Shown: positions 52,781-62,919, counted from the stretch's first letter. The stretch: 64,000 nt of DNA from an uncultured Desulfospira sp. (GCA_963663165.1 OY760175.1:4064001-4128000), one strand, 5' to 3'. The notes: generated by a model not told the origin, from the sequence alone. Translations and numbers: made by a program.

Positions 52781-53244
52781 GATTCATCTCCTTTTTTTTG
52801 CGGCTGTCCGATTTCCATTGGGAGCCTGTCTCTCGCAATGCCGGAAAGCCTTTGGTGATAATGCTTTTTAAATTTCAAATAGCCTTGGCTATGAATTTAA
52901 TGATCAGCCTTTTTTGATCCGCTTTCCGGTGGCCGATCATGTGATGAATAGGTGATGAAATGAATCCGTACCTGTGATTTATTTTTTTGGCTGCACGTCC
53001 CTTATTAAAACAGACAACCTTACAGATAGGTTACAAAATTAAAAAAAATAAGCCGGGGGGGCGGCCAGGTACAAAACGATCGGGCCATAAAGCTTGTGCC
53101 TACAGCAGGATGGGGGGAATTTGTCTTGATGCTGGCAGAAGAAATCTGCCAAGCCGTGTTAAAAAAATAATGAGGGGGGCTTAAGATAGCAGCAGTATTT
53201 TAGAGAGGCAGAAATTGCCCCCCCCGCATCAGGGTAAACAAATA

Positions 53245-54231
53245 TTAGGAGCTGGCCGGGGCCATTTCCTGAAATCCAACGTTAAAAGCAGCGGCTTCCT
53301 GTCCGTCAGCGCTCTTTCCACGAATGGGTACCGGTGGTGCAGACAGATCGCCATCAGCCGCAACCTCGCCGATTTCGGTGATAATATGGTCGATATGGGA
53401 GAGGCTCACCAGATCGTGGGAGTGCGTGGTCATGGCAAAGTCCGTGGCACCGATCTGGGCCTCTTTTTTTGCCTGAAAAATTTTCTGCTCAGCAGCACTT
53501 CTAATGGAATAATTCAGGGTATTGGCAAAAAGGTGAACCTTTACATTGTGATGCCGGCAAAGGCTGACGGTGCCAGCGGTCCCCACGGGGGCCACTATTT
53601 TCCCGTCTTTGGTAATGGTCATTGCCCCGAGAAACATTTTGGTGGCGCCTTCAATGTGGTGGCTGAGGTTGTGGGCCGGGGTGACAATGTAGTCAATGCC
53701 GGCATCGCTGAGGGCCTGAACCGACTGCCGGGTCCGTTCTGACAGATCCAGAATAATGACCTTGAAATTCCGGTTCAGCTTTTCCTTGGCCTGGATCAGG
53801 GTGTTGATTACTACCGTACTGGCTGAGTGGACAATGATGACGTCCCTGTTTTTCACGTAGGCCAGCCCGTTTTCTGTTACCTGCCCGGTGTTTCTCTTAA
53901 TCTGGGCTACCCGGTCTTTGAGGAGCCGGATGGTGACCTGTTTAACCGTTGCCATATCCATTTCCGGTTTGATTTCACGCTCCATATCCTCCTCGAAATA
54001 TTTCAGAAGGCGCATTAGCGGAATAATGGAAGGCTGGCACTCTGTAATGGTTTTTGCCAGATCTTTATACAATGCATCAAATTGGTCCCGGCGGCATTTG
54101 AGCAGCCGGATGGATTCAATAAAGGAGTCCAGACACAGGACAGTCATTCTGGCAATGCCCAGGACATCACCCAGTTCACGGATCAGTTTATACATGTTGG
54201 CTTGACTTTTGGTATTCATAAGCACATCCAT
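53245..54231 (-). CDS. eIF-2B alpha/beta/delta (IF-2B) family protein
   Basis: QPSIIPL, IIVHSAS, FLGAMTI...IVAPVGT, DLVSLSHIDHIITEIG. Confidence 0.8.
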   Translation of the reverse strand: MDVLMNTKSQANMYKLIRELGDVLGIARMTVLCLDSFIESIRLLKCRRDQFDALYKDLAKTITECQPSIIPLMRLLKYFEEDMEREIKPEMDMATVKQVTIRLLKDRVAQIKRNTGQVTENGLAYVKNRDVIIVHSASTVVINTLIQAKEKLNRNFKVIILDLSERTRQSVQALSDAGIDYIVTPAHNLSHHIEGATKMFLGAMTITKDGKIVAPVGTAGTVSLCRHHNVKVHLFANTLNYSIRSAAEQKIFQAKKEAQIGATDFAMTTHSHDLVSLSHIDHIITEIGEVAADGDLSAPPVPIRGKSADGQEAAAFNVGFQEMAPASS

Positions 54232-55520
54232 AAAAATAAAGTTAACAGTAAAGAGCTAATAACAAGACTAATAAACGTAACGGCCACGCCGACCTTCATG
54301 AACTCTAAAAAACTGATGTTCACGTTGGCCTGCTTGGCAATTCCGACAGAGACAATATTGGCAGACGCCCCGATCATGGTCAGGTTTCCGCCGAAACAGG
54401 CCCCGAGACTCAGTGCCCACCACAGAATATTGTGGGGGATCGGGGTTGTTTCAAGCATCAGCTTCACTATGGGGATCATGGTGATGGTAAAGGGGATATT
54501 GTCCAGAAAACCGGACACAATACCCGATACCCATAATACGGTCAGCACCATGACATAAGGGTTGTCGCCGATGCGTAAAAAGACTTTGTGGGCCACCCAT
54601 TCAATCACGCCTTTATGTTCCAGTACACCGACCAGGATAAACAGTCCGGCAAAGAACAGCAGCGTGGACCATTCCACCTCCTCGAGCATCTGTTCCACAT
54701 CTGCGCCGGAAAGCACAAACAGGACCATGGCCATGAATACGGCCACAACGCCCGGGGACATCTTGGTAATGGTCTGGGTCACAAAGAGCAGAATGGCAAT
54801 GCCCAGGCAGGCAAGGCCTTTGATCATCATTTTTTTGTCAATCTTGGTGTTGACAAATTCGGTTCTGATTTTTTCCAGCAGCAGCTGGATGTTGAACAAT
54901 TTAACCAGGCTGGTATCAATGGGTTTGAATTTTTCCCGGTTGGTAAACCACAGGTAGAATAACGCCGCCACAAAGGTCACCACAACCGGTCCGGTCAGGT
55001 AGATCATGAACTGGTTGAAGGTGAGCCCCACCTTTGACCCGATAATAATGTTGGGAGGGTCCCCGATCAGGGTGGCGGTCCCCCCGATATTAGAAATCAC
55101 CGCCTGGCTGATCACATAAATTTTGGGGTCCAGCCCCATGCCTTTTGCCAGCTCAATAATGATGGGGATGATGATGAGTACCGTGGTGACGTTATCCAGA
55201 AAGGCTGATAAAACAGCCGTCACAATGGAAAACAGCACGAGAATTTTTAAGGGATTTCCCCCGGTAAGCCCAGCGATTTTCACGGAGAGCAATGAAAATA
55301 CACCCGACCGTCTGAGAATCGCCACAATAGACATCATGCCCAGCAACAGCATAATGGTTTCAAAATCAATCATGGCGGTTGCCTCATGTTCTCCCACAAC
55401 GTGGAGAATCAGCAGAACCATGACACCTAGCAGCGCCGCTACGGCCTTATTGACCAGTTCAAAGGTGATGGCGGCATATACTGCCAGAAACACAAGAATT
55501 GGAATTAAAGCGCCTTCCAT
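54216..55520 (-). CDS. ArsB/NhaD (IT superfamily) ion transporter
   Basis: SAFLDNVTT, SNIGGTATLIGDPPNI, GFLDNIP, GGNLTMIGASANI. Confidence 0.9.
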   Translation of the reverse strand: MEGALIPILVFLAVYAAITFELVNKAVAALLGVMVLLILHVVGEHEATAMIDFETIMLLLGMMSIVAILRRSGVFSLLSVKIAGLTGGNPLKILVLFSIVTAVLSAFLDNVTTVLIIIPIIIELAKGMGLDPKIYVISQAVISNIGGTATLIGDPPNIIIGSKVGLTFNQFMIYLTGPVVVTFVAALFYLWFTNREKFKPIDTSLVKLFNIQLLLEKIRTEFVNTKIDKKMMIKGLACLGIAILLFVTQTITKMSPGVVAVFMAMVLFVLSGADVEQMLEEVEWSTLLFFAGLFILVGVLEHKGVIEWVAHKVFLRIGDNPYVMVLTVLWVSGIVSGFLDNIPFTITMIPIVKLMLETTPIPHNILWWALSLGACFGGNLTMIGASANIVSVGIAKQANVNISFLEFMKVGVAVTFISLVISSLLLTLFLWMCL

Positions 55521-56001
55521 AATTTAAATTACATCCTTTTCCAAATGTCCGGATGGTCTTGCGCTTTAAGCCCGTACGTGTTGCGTTCCTTAAACCCAGT
55601 GGAATTTAAGGAGACGTAATGCTTCTGCTTCGAGTAATTTTCAGGGATGGCCCCGATTGCTCAAAGAGAACCCGTGATACAGCAATTAATGAGATAAGCT
55701 AAACAGCTATCGCTCTAATTAACAAGCACACAAATCCAGGACAAGTTCCTCATTTAATGCCTTCTCGGTCCTTTTACAATCGGCGTAGGTCGGTTGATCC
55801 GGGAGGGAGAGACTTCCAAATATTTCAAATATTTCCAAACTTTCTTACCGAGTGCGATTATTAGCACTGGTTAAAAAAAAAAACAATATTTTATTTGATT
55901 TTCAACCGTAAAAAATCATATTTCGTATGGGTAATGTGTTGTTTTCATGATTAATCGCCGCATTTTCCAGGGAATTGAATAACCGCAATTTTTTTGTATT
56001 T

Positions 56002-56655
56002 TTACGAAAAAATCTGTTCAAGGGCGGCTTTGAGCCCCCGGCAGTCCGGCAGAACCCGGGTTCCCTTTGGAAAATCCACTTCTCCCTGGATCCCGATAAA
56101 ATAGAGCCCGGTCCGGCTGGCCGCATCTTGATCCGTAAGGGCGTCTCCAATAAACAGGCATTGTGCCGGTGCCAGGCGGTATTCAGCCAGAAGCCTCTGG
56201 ATATGGGCCGGTTTCCTGACCGGGGAGCCCAGGATTTCCGTAAAACAGGCACTCATTTTTCTTTGTTCAAGGACATATTTCAGCTCCGGTTCCGGGGTGC
56301 CTGAAATCAGAAAAACCGGAACTTTGCCTGAGTATTCGGCTAAGAATGGCCTGGCCCCTTTTATCCAGGGGGCGTCGATGACTTTTTGGACCACCAGATC
56401 GGAATACCGGGCCGCCCATTGCTTAACCTGGCTTTCGGTCAGGGGGGTGCCGATAATGGTTTCATGGGCGTACCGGATTTTATCCACCCGGCTGATTCCG
56501 CCGTGGAGCTGGTGATGCTGCACCACCTGATCGATAATTTCATCAGGAAAATCTTTGAACAGGATCTCAAATGCCCGGGTTTTGATCCGGGTAGAATCTG
56601 CCAGGACCCCGTCAAAATCAAAGAAAAGGGCTTTAAGGCGTTGAGGTGAGTTCAT
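56002..56655 (-). CDS. HAD-family hydrolase
   Basis: FDFDGVLADS, ISGT, K, IGDALTD; start could instead be 56700. Confidence 0.88.
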   Translation of the reverse strand: MNSPQRLKALFFDFDGVLADSTRIKTRAFEILFKDFPDEIIDQVVQHHQLHGGISRVDKIRYAHETIIGTPLTESQVKQWAARYSDLVVQKVIDAPWIKGARPFLAEYSGKVPVFLISGTPEPELKYVLEQRKMSACFTEILGSPVRKPAHIQRLLAEYRLAPAQCLFIGDALTDQDAASRTGLYFIGIQGEVDFPKGTRVLPDCRGLKAALEQIFS

Positions 56656-56818
56656 AATGGCCTTTTTATGGAAATAAAGCGTTGGATTGGTATATGTCAC
56701 GCCCTATTGAACCCTTTATCAAAAAATAATGCAAACAATTCAAATATTTTTCATTGTTCTTCCGGTCTTGTGTGTTATATTTTCAATTTAAATTAAAAAA
56801 TACAAATAGGACTTTCCA

Positions 56819-57061
56819 ATGTGTTTGGCCGTACCCTCAAAAATAATCGAAATTAACGACAAAGTGGCCAAGGTAGACGTGGACGGCGTGATTCGGGAGA
56901 CCAGTCTCATGCTTTTGGACGACGCCAAGATCGGGGACTATGTGATCGTTCATGCCGGATTTGCCATATCCAAGGTGGATGAACAGGCCGCCCTTCAGAC
57001 CCTGGAAGACATGCGAAACATCCTGGCCTGGGAGGATTCCGCAGGTTCCAGGGAAAACTGA
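56819..57061 (+). CDS. hypC: hydrogenase assembly chaperone HypC
   Basis: MCLAVP...GDYVIVHAGFAI. Confidence 0.96.
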   Translation: MCLAVPSKIIEINDKVAKVDVDGVIRETSLMLLDDAKIGDYVIVHAGFAISKVDEQAALQTLEDMRNILAWEDSAGSREN

Positions 57062-57089
57062 TCCGTATCCGGGGGCCAAAGCCGCTGCC

Positions 57090-59432
57090 ATGGACATAGC
57101 CGCTGAAAAAATACAGATCAGCGGCGTGGTCCAGGGGGTGGGATTCCGTCCCTTTTTATACGGCCTTGCCCAAACCCATGGCCTTGCCGGCCAGGTGACC
57201 AACACGGGCCAGGGGGTGGAAACCCTGGTGGAAGGCCCTTTGCCGGCCATTGAAAACTTCATCCGGGACATTACTGAAAAAAAACCCCTCCTGGCCCGGA
57301 TTGACCAGATCTCCCATGAGACGGCCCGCCCTGCCGGGTTTGACAGATACACCATTATCAAAAGTAAGGATGGCCAGACCCGAACCACACTGATTTCCCC
57401 GGATGTCTGTACCTGTGCCGACTGTCTTGCCGAGATGAAAGACCCCGCAGACCGGCGGTTTGAATATCCTTTCATCAACTGTACCAACTGCGGCCCGCGC
57501 TTTACCATTATCCGGGACATCCCTTATGACCGACCCATGACCTCCATGCACCGGTTTGTCCTGTGCGATGACTGCCGAAAAGAGTATGAAAACCCCATGG
57601 ACAGAAGGTTCCATGCCCAGCCCAATGCCTGTCCGGTCTGCGGCCCCCGGGTGTTTTTAACGGACCATCAGGGGCGGGAAATTCCGGTTTCAACGAATGT
57701 GGACCAGACCACCCCTTCCGGGGCCATCATTGCCAGGGCAGGGGAACTCCTTGGCCAGGGCCATATTTTGGGGATCAAGGGGCTGGGCGGATTTCACCTG
57801 GCCGTGGATGCCGCCAACCACCGGGCCGTCAACGCCTTGCGGGAAAAAAAGAACCGCCCCCATAAACCCTTTGCCCTGATGGCCCGGTCTGTGGCGGATC
57901 TGTCCGCCCATGTCCACATCTCTGCAAAAGAAAAATCGCTCATAGAATCGTTTCACCGGCCCATTGTGCTGCTGGACAAAAAAGACCGCCTGGAAAAAGA
58001 GGGTCTGTCCTCTGCCCTGGCGCCCCTTAACACCTGCCTTGGGGTCATGCTGGCCTATACCCCGCTACATTTCCTGCTCCTGGACAAAGGGCCTGCCATC
58101 CTGGTCATGACCTCGGGGAACCGGTCCGGGGAGCCTTTGTCCATTGACAATGACGATGCCCTGGACGCTTTTTCCCATATAGCCGATTATTTTCTGCTCC
58201 ATGACCGGGACATCTATTTCAGGGCTGATGATTCCATTGTCCGGGTTCAGGCCGGACAGCCAAGGTTCCTTAGGCGATCCAGGGGATATGCCCCTTTGCC
58301 GGTGGCATTTGGCAGCCCTGAAGACGCTGAGCGAAAGCTGCCTTCAATTATGGGGTGCGGGGCGGGACTGAAAAATACGGTCTGCCTGACCCGGGGAACA
58401 TCGGCCTTTTTAAGCCAGCACATCGGGGACCTGGAAAACCAGAAGGTCACCGATTATTATTGTCAAACCATTGATCATTTAAAAAAGATTATGGATATTG
58501 AACCGGTTCTCATGGCCCATGACATGCACCCGGGGTATTTTTCCACCGAGTATGCCAGGCAGGCCGCCGCGCAGGGGGTAAGGCTTGAGCCGGTTCAGCA
58601 CCACCACGCCCATGCCGTTTCCTGCATGGCTGAAAACCATTTGAACGGCGAGGTTATTGCCCTTACCCTGGACGGAACCGGGTACGGCAGTGACGGTCAT
58701 ATCTGGGGCGGGGAAATCCTGGTCTGCACCCGGAAAGAATTTTGCCGGAAGGCCCACCTGTCCTATATTCAAATGCCCGGCGGGGATGCCGCGGTGCGTC
58801 AGCCCTGGCGCATGGCCGCTTCGGTCCTGTTTCAGGCCTTTGGGCGGCCGTTTCTGGACCTGGACCTTGAGGTTATTAAGGACACGGACCCCAAAAATCT
58901 GGAGTTCATCTGCCGGATGATGGAAAAACAGGTGAATTCCCCGTTGACCTCCAGCGCCGGCCGGCTGTTTGATGCGGTCTCCTCCCTGATGGGGATCCGC
59001 CACGCCGTCACCCATGAGGGCCAGGCCGCCATGGAGCTGGAAGCGGTGGCGTCCGGGGCCAAGGAGACCATCTCTTACGAATATGCCCTGGAGCCGGCCG
59101 GCAATGGCATTGAAATCAACCTGCTGTCCTGTATCCGGCAGATTGTCCAAGACCTGGTCCAGGGCAGGCCCAAAGCCGATATCAGTGCCGGATTCCATGA
59201 AACCCTGGTTCAGGCCTTTACGGCAGCCGCCTGCAGGATCAGCCGTGACACCGGTCTTGACCGGGTGGTGCTGTCCGGCGGGGTGTTCAACAACACCCTG
59301 ATCCTGACCCGGACCCAAAGACTTCTTGAAGAAAACGGACTGACGGTTTATACCCATACCAGGGTGCCCTGCGGGGACGGGGGAATCTGCCTGGGCCAGG
59401 TGGCAGCGGCGATGGAAAGGATAAAAGGATGA
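57090..59432 (+). CDS. hypF: carbamoyltransferase HypF
   Basis: GVVQGVGFRP, CTNCGPRF, RFHAQPNACPVCGP, KGLGGFHL, QHHHAH, DGGICLGQ. Confidence 0.96.
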   Translation: MDIAAEKIQISGVVQGVGFRPFLYGLAQTHGLAGQVTNTGQGVETLVEGPLPAIENFIRDITEKKPLLARIDQISHETARPAGFDRYTIIKSKDGQTRTTLISPDVCTCADCLAEMKDPADRRFEYPFINCTNCGPRFTIIRDIPYDRPMTSMHRFVLCDDCRKEYENPMDRRFHAQPNACPVCGPRVFLTDHQGREIPVSTNVDQTTPSGAIIARAGELLGQGHILGIKGLGGFHLAVDAANHRAVNALREKKNRPHKPFALMARSVADLSAHVHISAKEKSLIESFHRPIVLLDKKDRLEKEGLSSALAPLNTCLGVMLAYTPLHFLLLDKGPAILVMTSGNRSGEPLSIDNDDALDAFSHIADYFLLHDRDIYFRADDSIVRVQAGQPRFLRRSRGYAPLPVAFGSPEDAERKLPSIMGCGAGLKNTVCLTRGTSAFLSQHIGDLENQKVTDYYCQTIDHLKKIMDIEPVLMAHDMHPGYFSTEYARQAAAQGVRLEPVQHHHAHAVSCMAENHLNGEVIALTLDGTGYGSDGHIWGGEILVCTRKEFCRKAHLSYIQMPGGDAAVRQPWRMAASVLFQAFGRPFLDLDLEVIKDTDPKNLEFICRMMEKQVNSPLTSSAGRLFDAVSSLMGIRHAVTHEGQAAMELEAVASGAKETISYEYALEPAGNGIEINLLSCIRQIVQDLVQGRPKADISAGFHETLVQAFTAAACRISRDTGLDRVVLSGGVFNNTLILTRTQRLLEENGLTVYTHTRVPCGDGGICLGQVAAAMERIKG

Positions 59433-59461
59433 AAAGGGCCAAATAGCTTAAGGAGCTTGCG

Positions 59462-60547
59462 TTGGGATTAAAGTATATTGAAGAGTACCGGGACGGGGAA
59501 CTGGCCAGGGGGTTGATCCGGGCCATCAATGAGGAAAGCACCAGAAGTTTGCGGCTCATGGAGGTGTGCGGCACCCATACCATGTCCATTTTCCGGCATG
59601 GCATCCGAAGTGTCCTGCCAACCGGCATTACCCTCTTGTCCGGCCCGGGATGCCCGGTCTGTGTGACCGCCCAGAAAGACATTGACGCCTTTGTGGCCTT
59701 TTCAAGAAAAGAAAACCTGATTGTAACCACTTTCGGGGATCTGATGCGGGTGCCGGGCTCCGGGTCCACCCTGGCCAAGGAAAACGCATCCGGGGCGGAC
59801 GTCAGGATGGTCTATTCCATATTTGACGCGGTTGCGATTGCCAAAACCAATCCGGATAAAGAGGTGGTGTTCTGTGCGGTTGGGTTTGAAACCACCATCC
59901 CCACCATTGCCGCCGGCATCCTCGGGGCCATGGATCAGGGGGTAAAGAACTTTTCCATCTATTCGGCCAATAAGCTGACCCCGCCGGCCCTGGCCGCGCT
60001 CATGGAAACCGACGGGGTGAACATTGACGGGTTTATTCTGCCCGGCCATGTTTCGGTGATCACCGGGACAACCGCCTATCGGCCTGTATTTGAAAAATAC
60101 AACATCCCCTCGGTCATTGCCGGATTTGAGCCCGTGGATATCTTAAAGGCTGTCCACATGCTGGTCCGCCAGAATGAAACCGGCACGCCGGCCCTGGAAA
60201 ATGCCTATGCCCGGGCCGTGGCCGAAGACGGGAATGCCAAGGCCAGAACCATCATGAACCAGGTGTTTGAGGTCTGTGACGCCTCCTGGCGGGGAATCGG
60301 CCATATCCCCCAAAGCGGCATGACACTCAAACCGGAATTTAACGCCTTTAATGCCGCCCTGAAATTTGATATGGACCTGCCCGACGTTCCCGAACCCAAA
60401 GGGTGTGCCTGCGGTGACATCCTCATGGGATTGAAAACGCCTGAGGCCTGCGCCCTGTACAAAAAAGCGTGTACGCCCATGCATCCGGTGGGGCCGTGTA
60501 TGGTGTCCAGTGAGGGGGCATGTGCGGCATATTACAAATACAGCTAG
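59462..60547 (+). CDS. hypD: hydrogenase formation protein HypD
   Basis: MEVCGTHT, GPGCPVC, GFETT, PGHVS, GPCMVSSEGAC. Confidence 0.96.
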   Translation: MGLKYIEEYRDGELARGLIRAINEESTRSLRLMEVCGTHTMSIFRHGIRSVLPTGITLLSGPGCPVCVTAQKDIDAFVAFSRKENLIVTTFGDLMRVPGSGSTLAKENASGADVRMVYSIFDAVAIAKTNPDKEVVFCAVGFETTIPTIAAGILGAMDQGVKNFSIYSANKLTPPALAALMETDGVNIDGFILPGHVSVITGTTAYRPVFEKYNIPSVIAGFEPVDILKAVHMLVRQNETGTPALENAYARAVAEDGNAKARTIMNQVFEVCDASWRGIGHIPQSGMTLKPEFNAFNAALKFDMDLPDVPEPKGCACGDILMGLKTPEACALYKKACTPMHPVGPCMVSSEGACAAYYKYS

Positions 60548-60673
60548 TGTTTGAACGAAAAGTCACCCATCTGCTGCGTTGCAGAAAAAATGGCAATCCT
60601 CACAACCTTAGAGGTTGCTCCGGTTGCCATTTTTTCTGCGCCTTGCATCTGGGCAACTTTTCGCCCAAACACT
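60546..60673. mobile_element. ~128-bp palindromic MITE-like element
   Basis: Terminal inverted repeat AGTGTTTG..CGAAAAGT..CCCA / TGGG..ACTTTTCG..CAAACACT; inner stem GCAGAAAAAATGGCAA / TTGCCATTTTTTCTGC. Confidence 0.7.
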
Positions 60674-60758
60674 GGGCTTCACTAAAACACTAACCATTAA
60701 CGTTCAGCTGTGAGGAAGGGGGCTAACGGCTAATGGCTAATAGCTTTAAGGAAATAAA

Positions 60759-61781
60759 ATGACTGATGATAAAATATTGCTGGACCATGGGTCCGGGGGA
60801 AAGGTGTCCCATGCCATGTTTTCGGATTTGATCCTGCCGTTGTTTGACAACCCGGAACTGGCAAAGCAGGATGACGGGGCTGTCCTGGATGTCATCAAAG
60901 ACTTTGGCCCGGGGCGGCTGGCCTTTTCCACGGACACCTATGTGGTGGACCCCATTTTCTTTCCCGGCGGGGACATCGGGGACCTGGCCGTTAACGGAAC
61001 CGTCAATGACGTGGCCATGTGCGGGGCAGTCCCCCTTTACATCAGTACCGGCCTTATCATTGAAGAAGGGTTTTCCCGGAAAGACCTGGCCGCGGTTCTT
61101 AAAAGCATGGCCCGGGCCGCCCAAAAGGCCGGTGTTAAAATTGTGACCGGGGACACCAAGGTGGTTCCCCGGGGCAAGGCCGATAAAATTTTTATCAATA
61201 CCGCCGGAATCGGGGTGATCCCGGACGGTGTGGATGTGTCCGGGGATCAGGCCCGGCCCGGAGACCGGGTCATTGTTTCCGGGACCATTGCCGATCACGG
61301 CATCACCATATTGTCCACCCGGGAAGGGCTGGCCTTTGATTCGGATATCACATCCGATTCCGCACCGTTGAACAAAATGGCCCAGGCCCTGATCCAGTCA
61401 GAGTGTGACGTCCATGTCCTGCGGGACCCTACCCGGGGCGGCTTGGGGACCACCCTTAATGAAATTGCCGCACAATCCGGCGTGGGAATCCTGCTCAAGG
61501 AATCTGCCCTGCCGGTCAAGGGCGCGGTCCGGGGAATCTGCGAACTTTTGGGGTTTGATCCCCTTTATATTGCCAATGAAGGCAAGCTCATCGCCATTGT
61601 GCCGGAAAAAGACGCCCAGACCGCCCTTAAGATTATCCAAAAGGACGAATTCGGGGCGGATGCCGCCATTGTCGGCGAAGTGACGGACCAGGATCCGGGC
61701 CGGGTTATTCTGGAAACCGGGATCGGGGGCCGGCGGGTGGTGGACATGCTCACCGGAGAGCAGCTGCCCCGGATCTGCTGA
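60759..61781 (+). CDS. hypE: hydrogenase expression/formation protein HypE
   Basis: HGSGG, NGTVND, TGDTKVV, RDPTRGG, ANEGK, C-terminal PRIC. Confidence 0.96.
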   Translation: MTDDKILLDHGSGGKVSHAMFSDLILPLFDNPELAKQDDGAVLDVIKDFGPGRLAFSTDTYVVDPIFFPGGDIGDLAVNGTVNDVAMCGAVPLYISTGLIIEEGFSRKDLAAVLKSMARAAQKAGVKIVTGDTKVVPRGKADKIFINTAGIGVIPDGVDVSGDQARPGDRVIVSGTIADHGITILSTREGLAFDSDITSDSAPLNKMAQALIQSECDVHVLRDPTRGGLGTTLNEIAAQSGVGILLKESALPVKGAVRGICELLGFDPLYIANEGKLIAIVPEKDAQTALKIIQKDEFGADAAIVGEVTDQDPGRVILETGIGGRRVVDMLTGEQLPRIC

Positions 61782-61801
61782 TAAAAGGAGAACCCTGTAA
61801 T

Positions 61802-62149
61802 ATGAAAATTGAATCCTACGCCTTTGGCTCCATGGCCATTGACGGCCGGGTTTACCGGTCCGATCTGATGATCATGCCCGATGGCCGGGTTATGGACAAC
61901 TGGTGGCGAAAGACCAGCCATCTGCTGATCAGGGACGATATTGCCTCCCTGATTCAGGCCGCCCCCAAAGTGATCATTGCCGGAACCGGGGCCAACGGCC
62001 TCATGGCCATTGACCCGGCCTTATCCAGAGACCTGGCCAAAAGCCGGATTGAACTTGCGGCCCTGCCCTCTGAAAAAGCCGCAGCCCTGTTCAATGAGAC
62101 CTGGCAGCCCGACGGCTCTGTAGGGGCCTGCTTTCATCTGACGTGCTGA
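61802..62149 (+). CDS. Mth938-like (DUF498) protein
   Basis: IESYAFGSMAIDG...IAGTGANG...FHLTC. Confidence 0.85.
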   Translation: MKIESYAFGSMAIDGRVYRSDLMIMPDGRVMDNWWRKTSHLLIRDDIASLIQAAPKVIIAGTGANGLMAIDPALSRDLAKSRIELAALPSEKAAALFNETWQPDGSVGACFHLTC

Positions 62150-62229
62150 ATAATTGGATATGGGGCCTGGGGACTTGGGATATTCGGAAAGGGTAACCGA
62201 AAAGCAACCCAGTGCCACACGCCGGAAAG

Positions 62230-62919
62230 TTATTTTTTTATTCTACTTATTCCGAATAAACCTAGCAACCCTGAGGACAGAAGCAAAAGCGCTGACGGCA
62301 CCGGGACCGGATAATATTCAAAGGATGAAATGTTTGCCGAAATCGATATATACCAAATCATATCAGACATGGAAGGATCATAAAATGTTAATCCCATATA
62401 TCCCGAAAAATTGGAGTAATCAAGGGTGTCGGGGATAATGCCGTCATCTGAAAACGCGTTTCCACCGGCATCGCCAAAAGATAGTAACGCACTTTGTCTG
62501 TAAAGATAACATCCGTTTACATCATCGCCCGTCATTGATTCGGCAGGGAGGCTTATTCTATACCAGTCGGCATATGTGCTGTGGTTATCATAAAGGGTAA
62601 TAAGGCTTTCCCCGGTGCCGGCAGCAGAGTAATAATCCCCGATTGTAATTGTGAGTGAAGTTATGGCATCAACATAGCTCGCTTTGCCCGGATCATCCGG
62701 ATACCAATCTACTGATGTTGATTCAACTGTATACTCAAGATGGTACAGGTCTCTTGTAGAAAAGGTTCCTGACAATTCAGTAGGAACATAATCAAGGTAC
62801 CCTTCAATAATAAATTTAACTGGGGTAGCTTCAACATAAACAGTCGTATTGCAAATAAGAATTGCTGAACAGATGAATAAAAATTTCAGTTTGTTTTTTA
62901 ATAAAGCAATGAATATCAT
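62230..62919 (-). CDS. exported protein with PEP-CTERM/VPLPA-type sorting signal
   Basis: Signal peptide; C-terminal PVPVPSALLLLSSGLLGLFGISRIKK; AT-richer than its neighbours. Confidence 0.8.
   Translation of the reverse strand: MIFIALLKNKLKFLFICSAILICNTTVYVEATPVKFIIEGYLDYVPTELSGTFSTRDLYHLEYTVESTSVDWYPDDPGKASYVDAITSLTITIGDYYSAAGTGESLITLYDNHSTYADWYRISLPAESMTGDDVNGCYLYRQSALLSFGDAGGNAFSDDGIIPDTLDYSNFSGYMGLTFYDPSMSDMIWYISISANISSFEYYPVPVPSALLLLSSGLLGLFGISRIKK

Noticed and set aside
55850..55868. CIRCE element (TTAGCACT half-site)
   Set aside because: The half-sites are in the wrong order and spacing for TTAGCACTC-N9-GAGTGCTAA, and they are not next to chaperone genes.
58479..59357. 292-aa minus-strand ORF
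   Set aside because: Antisense shadow of hypF.
47501..61781. Functional link between larA and hypCFDE through nickel
   Set aside because: They use different cofactor pathways (LarBCE versus Hyp) and are separated by unrelated genes; proximity alone is weak evidence.
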